Assembly: GCA_001643675.2 (NCBI GenBank)
Contig: LSRY02000016.1
Coordinates: 744,001-808,000, forward strand
DNA from: Monocercomonoides exilis PA203
Taxonomy: Eukaryota > Protista > Preaxostyla
Length of the DNA stretch: 64,000 nucleotides
Direction: 5' to 3'
The notes beneath the pieces are model-generated. The model was not told the DNA's origin and did not search any database. It saw nothing but the letters and a program-made list of their open reading frames with translations. The translations under genes were made by a program, and so were the position numbers. Positions 56,942-64,000 of the stretch are shown one piece after another (the first letter of the stretch is position 1; each line of letters starts with the position of its first letter).

Positions 56942-59900
56942 TAGGCCTTTGCGACAAGCCGACATTTCACGGAGGACCTCGACAAGTCGACCGACAAGAC
57001 AGTCACTAATTTTTGAATTTATATTTTTAAATTTTTAATTGAAAAACTCTTTTTTTTAATTCTATTAATTTTTTTTCAATCAAAATAACAAACGATATTT
57101 GATATTTAACTATTTTTTATATCTATTATTATAATCATACAAAATATCCAAAAATGCTATAAAAATGAGTTATCGACAGATCTTTGAAGAGATCAGTCGA
57201 ACGACAAAGATCAGTCGGTCGAAAGATCAGTCGGTCGTACAGATCAATCTGTCGAATAGATGTGCTTTTTTGAGAACGTTTCTTTTTTTTCAGAAATAGA
57301 CTTTGAAAACAATTTTGTTAAATAAAATCATTCATAACTTGATGAATTGTAAGAGTATTAAACAAATGGAGAGTTTTGTTTGTCTGGCATTTTTGAAACG
57401 TTTGCCAAAAACGGTATATTGCGAAACACTTCGTCAACTTTTATTTATTTTTATGACAATTGATTTTATCCAACAAATGTGATAATAGTATCCATAATTT
57501 TTATTTTCTTTGAATATTGAGAACAAACACGATATTTGAGTTAATAACAGTGTGACATTAGTGAAAGATTAACTGTAGTACGAACTTTTAATTTTTAATA
57601 TAATGAATAGGACTAGAAACTGCTTTTATTTGTCTATGTTTCCACTGAAGAATATTCATTATAATCAGTGATGATTTGGACATTACAATTGTTTTTGTGA
57701 AAAGAAAAGTCACTTGAACAAATATATAATGAAAGCAGCTGCAACATTGTTGAATAATATTGAATTTTGTAATTTTCCGGATGATTTGAAAAGAAAAAGT
57801 TGAAGCTCAAGATTTTGAAAAAGAAAAAAGAATTGACGTTGTGACCGAGGAAGAAAAGTGAAGATTGAATTTTTTTTATAGAGAATTTTATTGAAGAAAT
57901 CATTTGTGAATCATTCTTGACGACTCATTGCTAAATCTTCGAATGGTTTTCAGGAAGAAAGGATATAACTACGGGATGCATATTATATCAGTGAGAGGAC
58001 ACGAAAACAATTTTGTATTATTCCATTCGCACGTGCACAGAAAGGGTTTTCAACATGTGGATGTGAAACCTAATGATATATTGATGCTACACGCGAAAAT
58101 ATATCAGGCTCTGTCTCATTCAGCACAAATTCATAAATTTTCTTCCTCAATTTCTTCTTGCTATTCAGAATCAATCCCAGGATTTTCACAAGTCGTGCTA
58201 TGAACTGAGATCTCACCGTCCGTTTGAAAGCGCGACAAGAATCAGCTGCCTAAATCTCAAAAGAAAATGAGATACAAGGGCCATTTCAAGCATCTCGGTG
58301 CAATTGGTTCATGGAAGCAACACCGAGCAATACGATATTGTGAAAGGCATTCGTCATGGAGATGGAGCAAATAACGTTTGAGCTAGAAACATGGCAGATT
58401 CTGAACAGCAAAAGACTAACAATCAGATGCTGAAGCTTTTTTTTTGGAGGCAAAAATGGCACTGCGGAATAAGCTGAGTTGCAAAGGGAGCAAAAAGGCG
58501 AGTTTTCACTTTGGCGAAGCAGGGAAGTATTTTGAACATATATTTGATCCAGTTTTGAAATCCAAAACCGAAAAGGTGATTGTCTATTTGTTCCATTAAT
58601 ATGATATTTTCAAGACGCTGTTCGAAGAAGTGTATCATTCTCTTCCATCTTAATTGCCAACAGCGAGAGACTCTTTTTCGGGCAGCGATCCGACAAGAGA
58701 ATACAAGCTGCTTCTAAGCGACGTTGCGTCATTCATCGGTTTTTGCTTGGCACCCAACATATAGAGGGACATGACAGCTTTAGCATCGGTTCACCACCTA
58801 TTTCTGAACCAAATCATTGCACAACAGAAGAATCAGAAGCAGATAGAAGGAAAAACTGCTTCTGGATTAATTTATTCTCTTCTTCTTTCCCATTTCGAAT
58901 TAGTTAGCATTCTTTTGAAGATGCTAGTCCAAACAAAGAAAGTTGTAAACGCATGCAAATCATTAAGCAATTACCACGATGAACTGAATAGAAGAGATAC
59001 AATATTTGAACATAGCGTCATCCAACTCTATTGAGAATTATCCTTCAATCTTCACATTGGAAGTGGTTTGGCAAATCAAACGTATAGCAGGCGAAAGAGA
59101 CTGAACGGCCAATGAATTTAAAGATGAAAATAAGATTGTGTAAAGAGCAGAAGAAACATCTTTGCAAATACAGCAAATGCATCTTACACAAGAAAATATT
59201 GAAGACGGAAATTAGACTAAAGTTTTTGGAATAAAAATAGAATTAGAGAAAGGGAGAAAAAGATAGAAAGAAAAGGTTGAAAAGATGAAAAAACTTGAAT
59301 GCAATGAAGAAGCTGAAGAAGAAAGGGAATGCAATCGCAACGTGAAACAAGAAGTTGTATGAGTTACGAACTATCGATCTTCAACCACGAAACAAAAAAG
59401 ACCACCTTGCACCTGTCGCATCTATTGTCAATAAATCCGTCATTAACGAGCTCATCAGAATGACTCCAGCTATGTGATGAATGAGTTGAACGCAGCAGAA
59501 TGAAAGATAGTGTTCAGTTTTTTTCTCTTTCTTCAATTCTCTTCTCTGAGCATATCTCGAGCAGAGCGAGAGAAGATTCAAAAATTATTTTAACAACGAT
59601 AAAAAGCACTTCACAAACATCAACACAGAGATCGCCTTTGAGAACACATATCCACTTTCTTGTCCAATGAAAAATACTTATGAAATGATAATTGCGATCA
59701 TCCATTTGAACTTGTAGCTCCTCTTCAGTCGGTTGAAGGCATAAAGAGCACTGAAAGAAAAGATTCCACTGCCTCTCGAATTGAAGATCAGCGTTTCGTT
59801 TCACTCTCCGGAGGGGTTTGTTCCATCCGCAAACTGCATTCCAGACTTGATAATTTCTCAGATGAGCTATAAGGAGGAGTTGAAAAAATAATGGAAACTC

Positions 59901-62051
59901 GTGTTAAACTTGAGAGCAAGCAGAGAGAGAAATATCGGAAGGACGTCTTAACTTTTGGAAAGGTGAAGAATGGCTTGGAGTAATTGCAATAAGCTATTTC
60001 TTTTTCTTCCAAGTGATATTAGTCATCGTTGAACAAACACTCGCACAAACTGAGTCACAAAGTTCATATTCTCTTCACCATATTCCATTTCGCGGGTTAT
60101 TGAAATGATTTTGTCCTCAAAATCAGCACTCCGTCTCCTCCGATAATTCCATCGACAAATTGAGTTGTCGTGCTGCAGAACACATATATCTGCCAGGGGA
60201 AGAAGAGCTTTATGGATTTTTGGAAGAATCTGGAGAAGAAGGTGGATGCGAGGAGAGAGAAAGAAAAAGAACAGTAAAGAAGACGGAAATGGAAATTCAA
60301 GATATTTAAGGGTAGCTGTATGCAGAAGGAGGAGCGGAAGAAGATGAAACAGATGAAGAGAGAGGTAACAAGAACAGCACATGCGATCCATTGCTCAGCG
60401 GAAAAGGTCAAGAACATTCTTCTATTTGAATGGACGAATCAGGCAGAAAGATGATCCATATCGATTCTTCTTGCTCAATAAACAGTATTTTTCCATATTC
60501 CTCTCTTCGACTGTTTCATCATTCTGGACAGTTTCTGATTCACCTTTTCACAGATTCAAATACACATTCAAACACCTTTTGAATAATTTCAGGTTGATCT
60601 TCATAAATTTTTGAGCTATCATCCTCGCTGTTTGCACATGATTCATTTCTTTCATTAGCTCAATCTTCGAAGCAAACAGTGAACAAATAGAACACACTGA
60701 AACAGAAAAATCTGCAGACGAAAAAGGAACAAGAGGCTTCACGACATGCCTCTTCCTGTCTTCCTCTATCTCTAAAAATGCCATATTCACGCACTGAATT
60801 GAAGGCCTCCAAAGATATTGCAAAACTTTTCAGTCACACTTTCAGACAGGCATCAACGCTTGAATGGGAGTGAATTGTTTCTTTTATTTGTTCAATATGC
60901 CTGCCATGAAATAAGAAAGAAGATGTAACCTTACTGAAGAAAGGAATATTTTGAATGTCAAAGAAAGAAGTACCAACAAGATAACCGTTGTTTTCCTTCA
61001 AAAGAGCTTTCAACACTGGTCTTCATCTCATGTTTACAAAAACCCAGTTCTTCGCTTTATCTTCGTTTCAAAGAAAGCTCACATTTCCCATCTTCAAATG
61101 AATCATCGAATCAGATATCTTCCTTTCCATTCACTGTTCAACATTATCTCAAATAATCTTCACTTTTGCTAATTATCCACACAACAAATGGAAATATGAT
61201 GTAATTTGAAGCAGTTGAGCTGCAGAACACAATTCTATTATCCCAATCGAACCGCAGAAGTCCTGCTAGGCTTCTCTCCTTGTCACTCGAATCCCTTTCA
61301 GTTTCACATCTTTTGAAACTTCATTTGTTTCAAGCAGGAACAAATCGTCGAAACAATAACTTCCGTTTGTTGTTTAAACGCTTTTCATGTAACTTATGCA
61401 AATATGGCTGTTTAACCTTCTTCATCTTTTTATAATTTTCAAGGAAATAGTATTATCATCAATCCAACAAAAGCTGCCCAACTTCAGATTTCTTTTATCA
61501 CACATTAATTATGTTTCATTGTTGGAATCTTATTTCAGTTGATTTTCAGTGAAAAAGATAGGTCATTAAACTTTGCTGAAGGTCAAAAAAGACAACATGA
61601 AATGAATAGAAAAGGAATTGCTTTATATGGCTTTATTAAATATATAAAAGCAAACCTATGCAGTATTTGAATGTTATCATAAAATCAGAATATATTTATT
61701 GAATTTGATTTTTGTTTTTGTTTTTGGTTTGACTGTGATTTTAATGTATTATCGTATTAGCAAGCAATGATCATATCTGTGTTTCTTTTTTGAATTTTGA
61801 TAGTAAAAAAAATATTTTGAGGGTATTTCTCTCAAAAAGAAAAGAACCTGATCTTTTGTTCATAAAAAACGTTTTTTAATAATTTGCTAAAGTCAAAATA
61901 AGCGTCTTGATAAGTCAAAAGTGCAAACGGAAACATTCATTGTTAATCCCCAATTCTTAATTATCAAAAAAAAAAAAAAAAAACCACTCGACACAGGTTT
62001 TTTCTTTCGACCGACACGATTCGTCAAAAATTTCCTTGTCGCAAAGGCCTA
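56942..62051. mobile_element. 5.1-kb non-autonomous hAT element with host-like cargo (Pack-type)
   Basis: Perfect 17-bp TIRs TAGGCCTTTGCGACAAG / CTTGTCGCAAAGGCCTA. Exact 8-bp TSD AAGATAAA at 56934-56941 and 62052-62059. Subterminal GATCAGTCG repeats at 57190-57255. No transposase motifs recognised inside. Confidence 0.92.
57900..61400. pseudogene. Decayed coding fragments carried inside the hAT element
   Basis: Higher GC than the AT-rich subterminal arms; fragmented protein-like frames on both strands (57928-58203 +, 58771-59034 +, 60548-61016 -). Confidence 0.45.
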
Positions 62052-62372
62052 AAGATAAATATATGAATGTTGAAACACAAACGAATTATGAAATTTTTAA
62101 AAATTTTGTAACGTATTAAATTTTTATTTTTATTTGTATTTTCCTCAATTGATTTTTTCTTTCTCTAATTCATTGAATAGAAATTATTGAGAAATTGAAT
62201 TTTGTTTACAAATTGAAATATTATAAAAAATTTTCTTGCTGCTTTTTCATTAGATTCAAAAATTTTTATTATCGTTCAATGTCAATTTACAATTTCGAAT
62301 GAAAGTTAAATAGAAATCTTCTCAGAGCAGAGGATGAATATTTTTGAAAATGAATTAAAGCTGAGCATCTCC

Positions 62373-63856
62373 GGTAAGTGGGCAGATAGCGACCGGTAAA
62401 AAGTGAGTGTTTTTCGTTTGTTTTTTCATGGATAAAAAACACAGACAAATGAAGAACATGATTAAACTTTGTTTTTTTGAAAATAAAGTGCAAAAAAAAT
62501 TGATTGAATTCAATGTTTCAAAAAAAATTATTGCTAAGATCAGTTATTTTTCATGAAAATTCTGCATATTCCGATGCAGATTCACCATCGCCAGCTCCAT
62601 ATATGTCACTTTCAGTTGATGAAACAAGATCATCAACTAATGGAGTCAATGATTCGTCTTCACTTTCTGATTCATTTGAATCACTATCATCGCTTTCTTC
62701 TTCTTTTGGTACAGTAAATATAATTTTTTTGACAAAATCAATAGAAGAGTATTTTCGTGAGGAATGGAACATGTAACTTGCAATGTGGACATCAATAAAC
62801 TTATTGTTAACTCCTGTTTTTGGTAAATATTGGCGAAATCTGGACCATAATCCTCCTATTCCGTTCGTGCAGACCCCAGAAAGAGGATTCTTGAAATTAT
62901 ATTTATGGCAAACCGATAAATGTGAATAATTGTATTCTGATAAGCAATTATACGCACGCCATTCGTCACTGTAAATCATTGTCTTGGGTTTTATATTTGC
63001 TTGGATGATGGGAAGCAAGGTGTCTTTTTTTCTATTTTTGACCCTAACAATAAAGAATCTTCCTCCACATTTTTCGCTTTTTCTTTCAATACCTCCGAAA
63101 AGCCATATTTTTGATTTTTTTCGACCCTTGTGGAATTTTCTCCTTCTCAGGATAGCCTCGTCAATTTCTACGATTTCACCATCACCTCCAATTGGTTGAA
63201 AATTCTGAAATGTGATTGTCGAAGAAATTGAACGACATTGAGAATACCAGAAACTGACGGTTTTTCTGTTGATGTCAAGGAGAATACTTGTTTGAGTGAT
63301 ATTCAATTTCAAACAATAATACAAAATGATTCTGAGCAGCTTGTTCAATGGTATTTTCGTGTTAAAGAATGACGTATTTTCAAATAAACTGATCGATTTA
63401 TCGCATTTTGCACATCTGTATTGTTTTCTTGTTTCTGATCTTGAATAAATGTACATTTTATTAAAACATCTCGGGCATTTTTTTTTGACGACGTTCAGCA
63501 CATTCTTGATGAGCCAATCAAATGAACATGAAACACAAGAAAATTTATCATTCAAATCTGCAATATCCTTTCTCGAATCGTTGATACTTGTTGACATTGA
63601 ACAGAAATCAATCAATTAATCATTTATTTAATTTTGTTATATATTATATTCAAATTTAATTGTTAACAATTTGTGCACAAATTTATTATTTTATTAATGG
63701 GAAAATTGAGTTTTTATTGATTTTTATCATTTATTTTCAACAATTAAATATCAAAAAAACTCATTGAACGAAATCATTATATCATATTGTGTTCAAATAT
63801 ATTATTTAATTTGGCAAAATAACAAAAAAATACCGGTCGCTATGTACCCTCTTACC
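62373..63856 (-). mobile_element. Complete Merlin DNA transposon (1484 bp)
   Basis: 26-bp TIRs GGTAAG(T/A)GGG(C/T)A(G/C)ATAGCGACCGGTA. 8-bp TSD GCATCTCC at 62365-62372 and 63857-63864. Confidence 0.95.
62551..63597 (-). CDS. Merlin/ISXO2-like transposase; open frame but catalytic Glu replaced by Gly
   Basis: CPRC...CAKC Zn ribbon, HTH, IVEIDEA, WLFGGIER, YSDEWRAY, SVCHKYNF, TNGIGGLW (family pattern TxxIExxW), acidic tail. Confidence 0.92.
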   Translation of the reverse strand: MSTSINDSRKDIADLNDKFSCVSCSFDWLIKNVLNVVKKKCPRCFNKMYIYSRSETRKQYRCAKCDKSISLFENTSFFNTKIPLNKLLRIILYYCLKLNITQTSILLDINRKTVSFWYSQCRSISSTITFQNFQPIGGDGEIVEIDEAILRRRKFHKGRKKSKIWLFGGIERKSEKCGGRFFIVRVKNRKKDTLLPIIQANIKPKTMIYSDEWRAYNCLSEYNYSHLSVCHKYNFKNPLSGVCTNGIGGLWSRFRQYLPKTGVNNKFIDVHIASYMFHSSRKYSSIDFVKKIIFTVPKEEESDDSDSNESESEDESLTPLVDDLVSSTESDIYGAGDGESASEYAEFS

Positions 63857-64000
63857 GCATCTCCTTGTCTGGACTGACAATCGAGTTGGATCATCTGATT
63901 CATATTTTTTATGCACAGGACGAAGGAATTACTTAGGATCTTTGAGATGTTGTTTTTTCAACGAAAAACAAGCTGTTTTGATGGACGATGAGAATGAAAT

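Noticed and set aside
57170-57260. Short GATCAGTCG repeats resembling a CRISPR or iteron array
   Set aside because: Spacing is irregular, units are short, there are no cas genes and the context is eukaryotic; they are hAT subterminal repeats also seen at 43945-44020.
26812-63856. IS1595-like and IS5-like transposases as evidence of bacterial contamination
   Set aside because: They are interleaved with intron-containing eukaryotic genes and fit the eukaryotic Merlin and PHIS superfamilies.

Overview
AT-rich eukaryotic (protist) genomic DNA with short spliceosomal introns and the standard genetic code. The gene families and sequence style strongly resemble the oxymonad Monocercomonoides; this is an inference, not a database result. 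The window has two kinds of territory. (1) A compact, apparently TE-free block of four intact spliced genes at 45.4-56.8 kb: a putatively myristoylated LRR-WW-Zn finger-HECT E3 ligase, a ZNHIT2-like HIT zinc-finger protein, a membrane-anchored PfkB-family kinase and an AGFG-type ArfGAP with nine NPW motifs. Three more genes lie outside it: an F-box/multi-TM gene (23.4-24.9 kb), a 2731-aa beta-helix/TM/pseudokinase surface receptor (9.5-17.7 kb) and a partial gene at the left edge. (2) A dense graveyard of DNA transposons and decayed multigene-family relics. This includes a hAT family with three members, two Merlin/ISXO2 transposases, a PIF/Harbinger-ISL2EU-type transposase split by a MITE, a Sola2-like relic and several MITEs and foldback palindromes. 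The most notable signal is a set of Pack-type cargo elements: multi-kb segments bounded by TIRs that hold decayed host-like coding fragments. The clearest is 56942-62051 (perfect 17-bp TIRs, exact 8-bp TSD, no transposase). 1146-7679 (AT TSD) and 38087-44227 (dead hAT transposase plus a receptor-pseudokinase fragment, no TSD) are weaker candidates. Together they suggest transposon-driven dispersal of the host's expanded gene families.
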